Source of the DNA: Chryseobacterium gleum
Lineage (GTDB): Bacteria; Bacteroidota; Bacteroidia; Flavobacteriales_D; Sanyastnellaceae
NCBI GenBank assembly: GCA_945874695.1
Contig: CAMCHP010000002.1
Coordinates: forward strand, 23,473-87,472
Length of the DNA stretch: 64,000 bases
Reading direction: 5' to 3'
Shown here piece after piece: positions 38,211 to 49,300 of this stretch. The translations under genes were made by a program, and so were the position numbers. Position 1 is the first letter of the stretch; each line of letters starts with the position of its first letter. The notes beneath the pieces are model-generated. The model was not told the DNA's origin. It did no database searches and worked only from the letters and a program-made list of their open reading frames with translations.

Positions 38211-41200
38211 ATGAAGGGGAATTTCGGATTACTACTTCTGCTGTTCTTTGGGCAGACCATTTTGCTTGCGCAACAATGGCCTGAACGATTTAAGCATTTT
38301 TCGATTGATGATGGCCTCACAGCGAACAATGTTACCGCCATTCAAGAAGATGCGTTTGGGTTTATTTGGGTGGGCACCGAAGAAGGGTTGAACCGATTCG
38401 ACGGCAGCAATTTCAAGCATTTTTTTGCCTCCGACCAACCGGGTGCAATGGCCGGAAATTACGTCATGGATCTTTTGCACCTTGGCGCAGGCAAAATGCT
38501 AATTGCTTTGGCCAGCGAGGGACTTCAGGTTTATGATCCTGCCAACGAAACCTTTGCTTCGATTGCGCATCCCATGGCCGAGAACCAGTTGCCGTATGCC
38601 AATGCCCGCGCATTGATCTTCGAAAGTGACAGCACCGTTTTAGCCGCTTATTGGAAAGGTCCAAAATCATCAGGCGGCTTGGTTCGATTCAAGCTGCGTG
38701 ATTTTAGTTATGAAATCTTATATCCGAACCGCATCTTACAGTTGTCAGCATTGAGCCACGGAATCAACGATGAAATTTGGCTCAGCGGCGATTCACTGTA
38801 CTGTTTGAATTTCAATGATGAACCGGGCATCACTCACTTTGAGTCACCCTTTCGTTTAACGAAGAATGTGCCTTACTATACGGGCGTGCTAGCCGACGAA
38901 CACGAAGTTTTGGTTGGTTCACGTGGCGAAGGCGTTCATGTGCTTGATCGAAAAACACGGCTGTTTACTGAAAAGCACGTGTATCAAGAAGAAGGGGTGA
39001 GCATGGTGTTTAACCAAGCCATGGTGCTTATGCCTTATCCTAGCAAGGCGAAAACCTATTGGGTGGTTACACGCGACAAAGGCGTAGCCGCTTGGGATCG
39101 GCAAGCGGGTGCATTTCACTTCATCGACACGCATGAAAAATGGAGCACCACTCGCGGAGAAATCATGGGGCGTTGTGGGTTTATTGATCACCGGGGCATT
39201 GTTTGGTTTGGTTCAAACTCAGGACTTTTCATGCACTCTGAAGACAACTACCAAATCGGCTACAGAGATTATTCTGAAGCAATTGGGGTTGAAAATGAGT
39301 ACAGTTCCGTTGCGCGAATCGCCCCATTAAACGACCAGCTTTTTGTGAGCGTCGCCCGTGCAAGGGGTTCCTTGCGCTTGCATGCGAACACCCTGAATTT
39401 TGACACGTATGCACCCGACGAAGGCTTCACCGCGGATGGGAATGAGTACCGAATTGATATTACAAGTTTGCGCCTAACGGCGGATGGCAAAATTCGCGCC
39501 TCAGGCTACAATCGATATTACGAGTTTGATTCAGAAAGCAACAACTGGAAGGTTCTCCTCGACCTGAGTCCAGAAATTGATCCGATTTCAAAGTACAGCG
39601 GATTAGTAACTTCTGAAGAGTCGAGCAACCAGCGTTACTGGTGGTTCGGTACAATTGACAATTGGCTTGCACGCTATGACCGTGCAAGCGGAACCTTGAA
39701 GACGTGGTGGCTTAGTGGCGAAGGTGAGCAACGAAAAAAAGTGATCTCACCCGATGGAAAACTGGGTGTTGCCAACCGGATTTACAGCATCGCACCTGAC
39801 AACGATGACGGCGCCTACGTTGCCAGCTACAACGGTGTTTTTCATGTGACCGACCAAGAAATCCGCCCCTTGAAAGACGATTGTGCGGCTTGCGGCTTCT
39901 TTGAACGCAACGCCTACGGCAGAATACAACGCAACGGCGACCGCCTAATTTTTGCTACAACGGCCGAGGGGGTTTATTCGTACGGGATATCTGACCAATC
40001 TGTTCGGCAATACAACCGGGAAAACGGATTGCCTAGTTTGCACATCGCAGACTTCGCAATTGACCCCGCTGGGCGCATTTGGGGGGTTTCTCCTGGAGGG
40101 CTTTTCTCAATCGATGAGAAAGCAAGCACCAAAGTGCGTGCATTCAACGAAGAAGACGGTTTGTTCTATCGCGACCTCTCTTACCATTACATTAGCATTT
40201 TACCTGATGGACGGGCCATGGTAGGCATGCATTATGGCATTGCCTGGTTTTATCCTGAGCAATTGCGTGCCCAACCGTCGCCTGAACGAACCATACTGCA
40301 TGAGGTGCGCATCAATGGCGCACCGGCAATTCCCCAGGGCAATCAAATCACGATTCAGTATGGCGATGGCTTAGAGGTTGCTTTCAGCGGCTTGGGTTTT
40401 GTTCAGCCTGACCGCTTTATGTACAGTTGGCGTATTCCGGGGCGCAGTGATTGGCAAATGGTTGAAGAACCCCGCGTGTTTTTTCCTTCATGGCGCGAGG
40501 GAGATTTTACCCTTGAACTCCGCGTGGGTGACGAAAATGGCAATTGGCTTGACGATACCATTCAACTAAACATTTCGGTAGACACCCCTTTCATGCAAAC
40601 CGATGCGTTTTGGTGGTTGCTCGCCGTGCTCTTCGTGGCCTTGATTTATGGTTTATACCGCACCCGCTACATCCAATTGCGCAAGCAAGCCCGCATTCGT
40701 TCAGAATACGGCCAGCGCATCGCCGAAATCGAAATGCAAGCATTGCGGGCACAAATGAATCCGCATTTCTTATTCAACAGCCTCAACAGCATCAAGTATT
40801 TCATCATTCGAAATCAGACCGACTTAGCAGCCGATTACCTCACGAAATTCAGTCGCTTGATCCGTTTAATTCTCTCGAATTCGAAGCAAGAACGCGTGAG
40901 TTTGGCCACCGAATTAGAGGCATTGCGCCTTTATGTGGAACTGGAAGGGTTGCGGTTTGATCAAAAATTCGACTTTGAATTGGTCGTTGATTCGGCCATT
41001 GAACCCGAAGAATTGGAGCTTCCACCCTTGCTTATTCAACCCTTTGCAGAGAACGCGATTTGGCATGGATTAATGCATAAAACGGATGCTGGTAAACTGT
41101 CAATTCGCCTATCTTTGAAAGGAAACGAGCTGGTTTGCGAAATCGAAGACAACGGCGTAGGACGGAAAAAAGCCGCTGAAATGGGCTCTAAATCGGCTAC

Positions 41201-41360
41201 CCGCGGCAAGAGTTTGGGCATTGACATTACCCGAAATCGACTCGAACGCATGATCAAGCTGCAATCGACCGACCGCATGATTGAAGTTATTGACCTCTAC
41301 ATGCCTGATGGCACAGCCTGCGGCACACTGGTGCGTTTGCGAATCCCTATTCACTTCTAA
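38211..41360 (+). CDS. LytS/YehU-type sensor histidine kinase with periplasmic beta-propeller (Reg_prop/Y_Y_Y)
   Basis: DGL..NNV.AI.ED..GFIWVGT..GLNRFDG repeats, TM helix, ALRAQMNPHFLFNSLN, LIQPF.ENAIWHG, IEDNGVGR. Confidence 0.92.
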   Translation: MKGNFGLLLLLFFGQTILLAQQWPERFKHFSIDDGLTANNVTAIQEDAFGFIWVGTEEGLNRFDGSNFKHFFASDQPGAMAGNYVMDLLHLGAGKMLIALASEGLQVYDPANETFASIAHPMAENQLPYANARALIFESDSTVLAAYWKGPKSSGGLVRFKLRDFSYEILYPNRILQLSALSHGINDEIWLSGDSLYCLNFNDEPGITHFESPFRLTKNVPYYTGVLADEHEVLVGSRGEGVHVLDRKTRLFTEKHVYQEEGVSMVFNQAMVLMPYPSKAKTYWVVTRDKGVAAWDRQAGAFHFIDTHEKWSTTRGEIMGRCGFIDHRGIVWFGSNSGLFMHSEDNYQIGYRDYSEAIGVENEYSSVARIAPLNDQLFVSVARARGSLRLHANTLNFDTYAPDEGFTADGNEYRIDITSLRLTADGKIRASGYNRYYEFDSESNNWKVLLDLSPEIDPISKYSGLVTSEESSNQRYWWFGTIDNWLARYDRASGTLKTWWLSGEGEQRKKVISPDGKLGVANRIYSIAPDNDDGAYVASYNGVFHVTDQEIRPLKDDCAACGFFERNAYGRIQRNGDRLIFATTAEGVYSYGISDQSVRQYNRENGLPSLHIADFAIDPAGRIWGVSPGGLFSIDEKASTKVRAFNEEDGLFYRDLSYHYISILPDGRAMVGMHYGIAWFYPEQLRAQPSPERTILHEVRINGAPAIPQGNQITIQYGDGLEVAFSGLGFVQPDRFMYSWRIPGRSDWQMVEEPRVFFPSWREGDFTLELRVGDENGNWLDDTIQLNISVDTPFMQTDAFWWLLAVLFVALIYGLYRTRYIQLRKQARIRSEYGQRIAEIEMQALRAQMNPHFLFNSLNSIKYFIIRNQTDLAADYLTKFSRLIRLILSNSKQERVSLATELEALRLYVELEGLRFDQKFDFELVVDSAIEPEELELPPLLIQPFAENAIWHGLMHKTDAGKLSIRLSLKGNELVCEIEDNGVGRKKAAEMGSKSATRGKSLGIDITRNRLERMIKLQSTDRMIEVIDLYMPDGTACGTLVRLRIPIHF

Positions 41361-41371
41361 TTCATTAGCTT

Positions 41372-42109
41372 ATGCGCATTGCGATCATCGATGACGAAAA
41401 ACATTGCTCAGCAACCTTGCGTTTTGAATTGGAGCGCCTGCCGGCGGATGTGCAAGTCGTGGGCGAATTCAATGATGCCCTTGAAGCCGTTAAGGCCCTA
41501 CCAAAGTTGAATGTTGACTTGCTATTCTTGGATATTGAAATGCCTCGGATGAATGGCTTTGAGTTACTTCAAGCCTTGCCCGAAGTGAATTTCGGCGTGG
41601 TATTCACCACCGCATACGACGAGTTTGCTTTGAAAGCCTTTCAATTCAGTGCCATTGATTACTTGCTCAAGCCCATTTGTGGCGAACACCTCCAACATGC
41701 CATTGACCGTTACAATGAATTGGGGCGCAAAGGCGTAAGCGACGAGCAGCTTGAGTTGCTCTTTGGTCGTTTGGAAGGAAAAACCATCAACAAAATAGCG
41801 CTACCCTCTGGCGAAGGATTAGACTTTGTGTTGCCGTCAGAGATTTTGCGCTGCGAGTCGCAATCGAATTACACGACGGTTTACTTCATTAACAAACGCA
41901 AAGTGTTGGTTTCTCGAACGCTGAAAGAAATTGAAGAGGTTTTGAGCGGACATGGCTTCTTTCGGGTGCACCATTCACATTTGGTTAATTTGAATTGCAT
42001 TTCGCGCTATGTCAAAGGCAGCGGGGGCTATTTGGTGATGGATGATCAAACCGAAGTCCCGGTTTCGCGCAGTCGAAAAGACGATCTGCTTGGTTTATTT
42101 GCCCGATGA
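41372..42109 (+). CDS. LytTR family response regulator
   Basis: IIDDE, FLDIEMP, FTTAYD, DYLLKP; LytTR domain FFRVHHSHLVNL...VPVSR. Confidence 0.95.
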   Translation: MRIAIIDDEKHCSATLRFELERLPADVQVVGEFNDALEAVKALPKLNVDLLFLDIEMPRMNGFELLQALPEVNFGVVFTTAYDEFALKAFQFSAIDYLLKPICGEHLQHAIDRYNELGRKGVSDEQLELLFGRLEGKTINKIALPSGEGLDFVLPSEILRCESQSNYTTVYFINKRKVLVSRTLKEIEEVLSGHGFFRVHHSHLVNLNCISRYVKGSGGYLVMDDQTEVPVSRSRKDDLLGLFAR

Positions 42110-42217
42110 GGCCTTGACCACCAACCACCTCCGAAAAACAACCGTTTACAAACTGAAATTGCAACTGGCTCAATAAGCGTTCTGCGCCTTCAACGGCTTG
42201 CCTAACTTTGCTGCAAA

Positions 42218-43168
42218 GTGAAACCCATGAGAACTGTGAATGCTTGCCTCGCCCTTGCTTTGGCGATTATTTTTTCTGCGTCTGCCCAAGCGCAAATCGT
42301 TGATCGCACAACCGATCGCGCAACCCAAAAAGCCAACGACCGCGTTGATCAACGCATTGACCAAGGTATTGATAAAGGTCTTGACGCCATCGAAGGTGTA
42401 TTTAGAAAAGGAAAAAAGAAAGATAAAAGCGCTTCAGAGCAAGCTCCAGAACAAACATCAGACAATGAGACGAGTAGCACCTCAACCACAGAGTCACAAG
42501 CGGCCTATGGCATGTTTGGTGCGTCTTCAGCCGAGTTAAAGAGCAACTACGATTTCGATCACCAGGTCGATATGCGCATTGAATCTTTCGACAAAAAAGG
42601 CAAGAGTGAGGGCGTGCAAACCATGCAAATGTACTTCAGCGACAGCGAAACCCACGTTGGGGTAAAAGCCATCATGGAGGGCATGAACTCAGTATCAATC
42701 ATTGATATGACGAAGTACCAAATGATTATGCTGATGGATATGGGCGGTTCGAAAATGGCGATGGCGATCGATTTCGATCCGTCAAAATTCGCCACTGAAG
42801 TTGAAACAACCGATGACGCCACGGATGTTAATTTCCGCAAAACAGGCCGTACCAAAACCATTTTAGGTTACTCGTGCGACGAATACATCATGGAAGACGA
42901 ATCAAACACCGTTGAGTATTGGGTAACCCGCGAAGAACAACTCGACCTGTTTAAGGCATTCGGTGCAATGGGCGCTTCAGGCAAAGGCGCCGGGGGTTTC
43001 TCAAGCGTGACTGAGTACCCCATGGGTATGACCATGGAATTCACCTCGACCGAAAAAAAGAACGGTGAAAAGGCAACCATGCAGGTGACTAAAATCCAAC
43101 GCAACATCAACTACAGCATTTCCACAGCCGGCTATTCGCTTATGAATATGCCTGGCGGTGGGAAATAG
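42218..43168 (+). CDS. Exported DUF4412-domain protein
   Basis: Signal peptide; KTGRTKTILGYSCDEY...EYWVT motif; TAACTTTG at 42203-42210. Confidence 0.75.
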   Translation: MKPMRTVNACLALALAIIFSASAQAQIVDRTTDRATQKANDRVDQRIDQGIDKGLDAIEGVFRKGKKKDKSASEQAPEQTSDNETSSTSTTESQAAYGMFGASSAELKSNYDFDHQVDMRIESFDKKGKSEGVQTMQMYFSDSETHVGVKAIMEGMNSVSIIDMTKYQMIMLMDMGGSKMAMAIDFDPSKFATEVETTDDATDVNFRKTGRTKTILGYSCDEYIMEDESNTVEYWVTREEQLDLFKAFGAMGASGKGAGGFSSVTEYPMGMTMEFTSTEKKNGEKATMQVTKIQRNINYSISTAGYSLMNMPGGGK

Positions 43169-43191
43169 TGAAAAACTAAAAACTATAAATG

Positions 43192-43228
43192 AAAACGGGG
43201 GTGACTTTTGACAGTCACCCCCGTTTTT
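43192..43228. terminator. Bidirectional intrinsic terminator
   Basis: aaaacgggggtgact-tttgac-agtcacccccgtttt, a perfect 15-bp stem between convergent genes. Confidence 0.9.
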
Positions 43229-43242
43229 CCTTTAATCACGTG

Positions 43243-45411
43243 CTAGAGATCAAGTATTGTAAACTCGGTACGGCGATTGAATTGATGATCGGCGTCAGCG
43301 CATTCCACATCGTTGGCACAATGGTTCAGCAGGCGGGTCTCGCCGTAGCCTTTTGCTATAAGGCGGCTGCTATCAATTCCTTTCGAAATTAAGTAATCAA
43401 CGGCTGACTGTGCCCTGCGCTGCGACAAGCGCAAGTTGTAAGCATCGCTGCCACGGGCATCGGTGTGTGAACTCAACTCGATTTTCATGGTCGGGTTGTC
43501 GCGCATGATTTTCACCAAGCGATCAAGTTCGCGTGCCGCATCCGTGCGAATTTCATGGCGATCGTAATCGTAATAGATATTATCCAATCGAATCACCTTG
43601 CCTTTTTCATACGCAAAGAGCTGCAAATCAGAATAAATAATGGTCGCTGGTTTACCACGGGTATCTAAAGCAATGCTCTGTGGCGGGTATGCGGCCTTGA
43701 ATGCTTCAAGGGTGTACTGCGATTCCGGACTCAACCCAAAGTGATAGAGGCCGTCTTCAGTAACCACCATTTCTTGCAACACAACGCCATCAACACTCTT
43801 TAAAAGTACAGTCGCGCCGTCGGCAGGTTTGCCGTCATCCGAATAATAGACCCGTCCTTCTGCCGCGTAGGCATAAGCCGTGAGCGGTAAATCGACGCGG
43901 TCAAGGTAACCCGATTTGTCGCTGCTGTTCACCTTCACTTCCTTCTGAAAGTAGCCGTTCTTCACGCCAATTATCGTATACGTTTGGTCAAAGGGCACTT
44001 GAAAGCGGTAATTGCCATCGGCATCTGTATTGGCAACCACTTGGAGCACTTCGCGGTTTTGAGCATCTTTCAATAAGATGGTCGCATTGGGGATCGGACT
44101 CATCGTTGCAATATCTATCACCTTACCGCTGATTTCAATGGTTTCAGCCTTGCGCACGATGAACTCATAAATGTCGTCGTCGCCCTCACCACCTTGGCGA
44201 TTACTCGAAAAATAGCCTCGCAAACCGTCGCTGTATGTGATTAACCCAAAATCGTCAAAAGAGCTATTGACGGGGTATCCAAAGTTGCGCACAGGTACAG
44301 ACTCATCATCCAATGTGGTGTAAAAGAGGTCTAATCCACCCAGCCCAGGATGCCAATCTGACGAAAAATAGAACGTGTTTTGCGCATCGATAAACGGAAA
44401 CATTTCATTGCCCGGGGTATTGATCTTGGGGCCTAAATTGACGGGGTTGCTCCAGAAATCGAGGTTTCGGTACGACACATAAATGTCGGTTCCGCCGAAC
44501 CCTCCGGGCATATCACTGACAAAGTACATGGCTTTGCCATCTGCAGAAATCACGGGGTGACCAATTGAGTAGGCCGGGTCATTGAATGGGAAAGGTTTCA
44601 GTTTTCCGATTTCAGTGCCGTTGTAGCTCGCGTAATAGATTCCCAAATTCAGATTGTTGTCGGCGTCGGCGTTGCGTTTGCCTTTGTGGTGGTTGTTTCG
44701 GGTGAAATACACCACTTTCTGCTTTCGGTCAAACGTGATTGTTCCTTCGTGGTAGCGGCTGTTGGTTTTGTTTTTAATCACCTTCGCTTGTGACAAGGAA
44801 GAATCAGGATTAACCGTCGCGCGGTACATGTTCAGGTACGATTGATCGGTCCAATTGTACGTGCGACGACGGCCTTTACCTTGCTTTCGTGCGCTCGCAA
44901 AAATTACACCTTCGTCACTGAATGCGGGCGCAAAATCAGACTCGGGTGAGTTGATGAGCGTGGTTCTGATTTCAAAACGCGCGCTGTCACGCACAATGCG
45001 CGACGCCCAGTCGTTGTCGGTATACCCAACCAAATACGGGTCGTTCGTAAAGGCCAAATAGCGTTCATAAACCATCACCGCAGCATCGTACTTGCGATTC
45101 ACTTTGAGCACATACGCCAAGCGTAAAAGGTCTTCAGGTTTGGCATCTGGCAATGTTGACAAGCGCTGCAAATGCGGCTCGGCAAGCAGGTGCTGATCAA
45201 TGCGGATGCGGCTTTCTCCCGCGCGGCGCAAAGCCAATGCATCGTCAGGTTTCTTCCTCAGAATGTCTTCGTAGATCTCGGCGGCCTTTTTAAAATTAAA
45301 GGTCGAATAGTGTTGGTCGGCCAGTTTGTGCCGATGCTTTTGCGCGTGCAAAGGCAGAGCTCCTGTGATCAGAAACCCAACCAAGAATATTAAAAGCAAA
45401 TGGCGTACCAT
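43243..45411 (-). CDS. PorE-like OmpA family protein (TPR, PD40, carboxypeptidase-regulatory-like domains, OmpA C-terminal domain)
   Basis: SDMPGGFGGTDIY, NLGPKINTPGNEMFPF, HPGLGGLDLF, NIYYDYD, SHTDARGSDAYNLRLSQRRA, NRRTEF. Confidence 0.9.
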   Translation of the reverse strand: MVRHLLLIFLVGFLITGALPLHAQKHRHKLADQHYSTFNFKKAAEIYEDILRKKPDDALALRRAGESRIRIDQHLLAEPHLQRLSTLPDAKPEDLLRLAYVLKVNRKYDAAVMVYERYLAFTNDPYLVGYTDNDWASRIVRDSARFEIRTTLINSPESDFAPAFSDEGVIFASARKQGKGRRRTYNWTDQSYLNMYRATVNPDSSLSQAKVIKNKTNSRYHEGTITFDRKQKVVYFTRNNHHKGKRNADADNNLNLGIYYASYNGTEIGKLKPFPFNDPAYSIGHPVISADGKAMYFVSDMPGGFGGTDIYVSYRNLDFWSNPVNLGPKINTPGNEMFPFIDAQNTFYFSSDWHPGLGGLDLFYTTLDDESVPVRNFGYPVNSSFDDFGLITYSDGLRGYFSSNRQGGEGDDDIYEFIVRKAETIEISGKVIDIATMSPIPNATILLKDAQNREVLQVVANTDADGNYRFQVPFDQTYTIIGVKNGYFQKEVKVNSSDKSGYLDRVDLPLTAYAYAAEGRVYYSDDGKPADGATVLLKSVDGVVLQEMVVTEDGLYHFGLSPESQYTLEAFKAAYPPQSIALDTRGKPATIIYSDLQLFAYEKGKVIRLDNIYYDYDRHEIRTDAARELDRLVKIMRDNPTMKIELSSHTDARGSDAYNLRLSQRRAQSAVDYLISKGIDSSRLIAKGYGETRLLNHCANDVECADADHQFNRRTEFTILDL

Positions 45412-45431
45412 AATTTTCGTGTTTTGGTGGG

Positions 45432-46355
45432 TTAAAAGAAGCGCGGCGAAATGTCAGCGCCCGGTTGGCGTCCAAAATCAACCCCGAGCATAATCTCGTG
45501 GCTGCCGGTTGAATAGGTTCTGATTTCCGTTGTCGAGAAGTCGTACGAATAACCTACCCGCAGCTTCTCATTGATGACGTATTGCAGCAACAAGCCTACC
45601 GATTCTTGGTAGCGGTACATCCCTCCAACCCAAAAACGCTCATAGAACATAAAGTTCGCGGTAAGATCAAACGATGGCGGAGCACCGTCAACCACGCGCA
45701 ACATGCCCGATGGCTTGAAATAGATGTAGTTGTTCAATTCAATCAGCGTTCCGGCAGCTAAGAAGAAGTGGCGGCGCTCGCGGTTGGCATTGAACGAGGG
45801 CAAACTTGAATCAATCAACTGATTGGTAAGCAACTTCGGGGCACTCAAACCTACAAAGCTCTTGTCAGAGTACCACAACACACCCGCACCAAAATTGGGG
45901 AGCGGTTTGTTGCTGATGTTCGCCTGAAAAACAGGGTCGTTCGCATCAACCGGATTTAACTCCAAAAGATTCGCCTGCAAGAGGTTGAGCCCTGCTTTCA
46001 GTCCAAACGCAAGTTGGCTTCGGTCGAAGAAGATGCGGTAGCTCACATCGCCGTACAAGCCGGTCATGCGCACAACGCTGTGACTGTCGTTGACAATGGT
46101 GCCGCCCACGCTGATGCTCTCTCGTTTGAGCGGACTGTGAATCGACAGGGTTTGGGTGCGCGGGGCACCATCAAACTCGACCCATTGGTGCCGATAAATC
46201 GCACTCGCCGTAAGCACGTCTGCACTGCCTGCATACGCCGGGTTCACGGTAAGCATGTTAAACATGTACTGTGTGTACATCGGGTCTTGTTGTGCTTTTG
46301 CGCCTAAAGCGGCGGATGAGAGGGTAAGCACGAAGAGGTATTTGAGCGCTTTCAT
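45432..46355 (-). CDS. T9SS PorP/SprF family outer-membrane protein
   Basis: QQDPMYTQYMFN...NPAYAG...YRHQW..FDGAP.T; GYSYD...GSHEI; C-terminal SPRFF. Confidence 0.93.
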   Translation of the reverse strand: MKALKYLFVLTLSSAALGAKAQQDPMYTQYMFNMLTVNPAYAGSADVLTASAIYRHQWVEFDGAPRTQTLSIHSPLKRESISVGGTIVNDSHSVVRMTGLYGDVSYRIFFDRSQLAFGLKAGLNLLQANLLELNPVDANDPVFQANISNKPLPNFGAGVLWYSDKSFVGLSAPKLLTNQLIDSSLPSFNANRERRHFFLAAGTLIELNNYIYFKPSGMLRVVDGAPPSFDLTANFMFYERFWVGGMYRYQESVGLLLQYVINEKLRVGYSYDFSTTEIRTYSTGSHEIMLGVDFGRQPGADISPRFF

Positions 46356-46363
46356 AAGCCTTG

Positions 46364-49300
46364 TTATCGCTTGAGGTAAATGAATCCGTTGTATACCGGG
46401 ATATTCAGTTCGCCGAGATCCAAAATGAAGTAGTAGGTACTCACAGGAAGTTCTTCACCAATGGTTGCCGGGTGCTGAGAGCGTCCGTCCCAGTCATTTT
46501 TGTACGGCGCGGCCTCATAAACCAAGGCACCCCATCGGTTGAAAATCTTAATGCTGTTGTTGTCGTACTTGAAGAGGTTCGGAATCTCAAACACGTCGTT
46601 AATTCCGTCTCCGTTTGGAGAGAATGCATCAGGGATCTCCAGCGTAAGGCAATCGAGCAAAGTGAAGCTCACTGAATCGGCTGATGTACCACACGGACCG
46701 TTATCCACCGTCCAAACGATCGTGCTCACCACCGGCGTCAACGGCGATTGAATGCTGCCTAAACTCCACACGGTGCTGCTCGGATCACTCAAATCACCAA
46801 TGTCAATGGGTCCTTCGAGTACGGTCCATGTTCCCGAAGCGGGGAACTCAACCTCACTCGCTGGCAGGTTGAAGATGTTAAAATCATCTTCACACACTTC
46901 GAGGTCGGTGCCTGCAAATGCCGTTGGCAACTCCGGATCAAAGACCACAATCGTTACTTCATCCGACGTTATTCCGCAGAAACCATTGTCAACCGTCCAT
47001 AAGAAGGTGTTCACCCCAGGCTGCAAGTTGCTGATGTACGTGGCTTCATTGTTCACGTTCTCAAAATCAGCGCCTCCTTCGAGCACCGTCCACGTGCCGG
47101 TGGCTGTGTTTCCAATGGTTTCGCTGCCTTGCAACTGCAATTCAAGCGGTGCACCACACAAAGCTTGGTCTTGACCCGCATCTGCGGCAGCAACACTCAA
47201 GTCGTTCACGAAGATCGACACCGTATCGGTGGTTAAGCCATTTGCACACGGACCATTATAGATGCTCCATACAAAAATGTTTTCGCCTAAACCGAGGTTG
47301 AACACGGTTGAATTCGGTGCGTTGACGTTGGTGATGTCACCCGCCCCACTGATAAGCGTCCAAGTACCCACCGCGGGTTGCAAAGGTGTGTTTGCCGCCA
47401 GCACTGCGCCACCGAATGGGGTGCAGAATTCTTGGTCGTCACCGGCTGCAGCGTCAGGTGAATCGGGGTTGTAAATGGTGATCGTCGTGATTGCGCTTGA
47501 CGCGTCTTCACACGGACCATTTGACACCGTCCAGCTCAGTACGGTGGTACCAATGTTCAAGCCACTTATCGTCGCTTGCGGATCAGTCACGTCGCTGATG
47601 CTGCCGCTGCCTGAAAGCACACTCCAAGCGCCTGTCGCTGGGAAGATCGGAGCTACTGCGTTCAGTTGAACCTCGCTGTCTGGGGCGCAAATCTCTTGAC
47701 TCGGACCCGGATCAGCCGGCGCATTCGTCGCGTCAAATACGGTTACCGTAACGAAGTCGAAGGTATTGTTGTTGAGGCAAGGGCCGTTGTAAACGGTCCA
47801 TTGCAAGATGTGCGTGCCGGTTGGCAAGCCGCTCAACACCGCATTCGGATCATTGCTATTCGAAATCGACCCGCTGCCTGAAACAATGCTCCAAGTTCCT
47901 GTTCCAGGTTCAGTTGGCGCAACCGCTTGCAGCGTTACCTCACTCACCGGTGTGCACACATCGATGTCTGGGCCAGCGTTTGCGGCCGCGGCATCTTCAG
48001 TGAACACCAAAATATTCACCGTATCTGTGGTCACAGCATCTTCGCAAGGCCCATTGCTGATCGTCCACTGGAACACGTTCGTGCCTGCTCCAAGGTCAGA
48101 TACTTGCGTAAAGGGTGCTGTAACATCGGCAATGGTTCCGCTTCCTGAAAGCACTTGCCAGAACCCTGTAGCAGGGAATATTGGCGCATTGGCCTCGAGG
48201 AAGGTGCTGTTGACCGGTAAACACAACTCTTGATCAACGCCCGCATCCGCAGGGGCTTGATTTTCATCAAAGATGAAGACCGAAACCGTATCGCTGCTCA
48301 GCGCCAAATCACACGGACCATTATAAACCGTCCATACGAACACGTTTTCACCCACGGCAAGCGCACTCACCCCGGTCGTTGGTTCAAAAGGTGCATCAAT
48401 ACTGCCTGTTCCTGCGAGCAATTCCCACGTTCCCGTATTCGGTGAGGTCAAAGGCGCAGCAGTCAACGTCGTTTCGGCTACCGGTGAGCAAAAGAGTTGA
48501 TCGTTTCCGGCTGACGCCGGGATGATGTCCTCCTCAAAAACATAGATGGTTACTGTATCGGGGTTCAGGGCAAAGTCGCACGGCGCATTGTTGATGGTCC
48601 ACACGAAGGTGTTTGCACCCAGCGTCAAACCTGAAACAAAGCTGTTTGGATCGTTGATGTCGCCGATGCTTCCACTGCCTTCGAGCAGCGTCCACGTGCC
48701 AAAGGCGGGGAATATCGCCGGAGTCGCATTGAGCAAGGTGCTGTTTTGCGGGAGACAGAGCTCCTGATCGAGCCCTGCTTGGGCATCCGGATGGTTCTCA
48801 TCGTAAATGAAGATCGACACAAAATCAACGGTCGGTTCAGCACATGGCCCGTTGTAAATGGTCCATGCGAAGATGTTTTCACCAATGGTCAAACCGCTGA
48901 GCGCTGAGTTCGGATCGTTGATGGCATTGATTGTACCCATGCCGCTAACGAGCGTCCACGTTCCGGTGCCAGGTGTGGCAGGTGTATTGCCGTTGAGCAC
49001 GGTGGTGCTGATGGGGGTACAGAAGAACTGATCGTCGCCTGCGGCAGCCACGGGTGCCTCAGGGTCAAAGATGCGGATTGTAACTTCGTCGCTGCTGAAA
49101 CCACATGGCCCGTTATCGATTACCCAAGCGAACACGTTCTCACCAATTGAGAGGTTCGTCACAAGGGTATTCGCATTGTTCGCGTCGGCAAAGGTGCCTG
49201 TACCGCTGATCACTTGCCATGCGCCAACTGCAGCGCCTGTTGTTGCGTTTGCGTCAAGCGTTGTTTGCGTCGTTGGGAAGCAGAATTCTTGGTCTTCACC

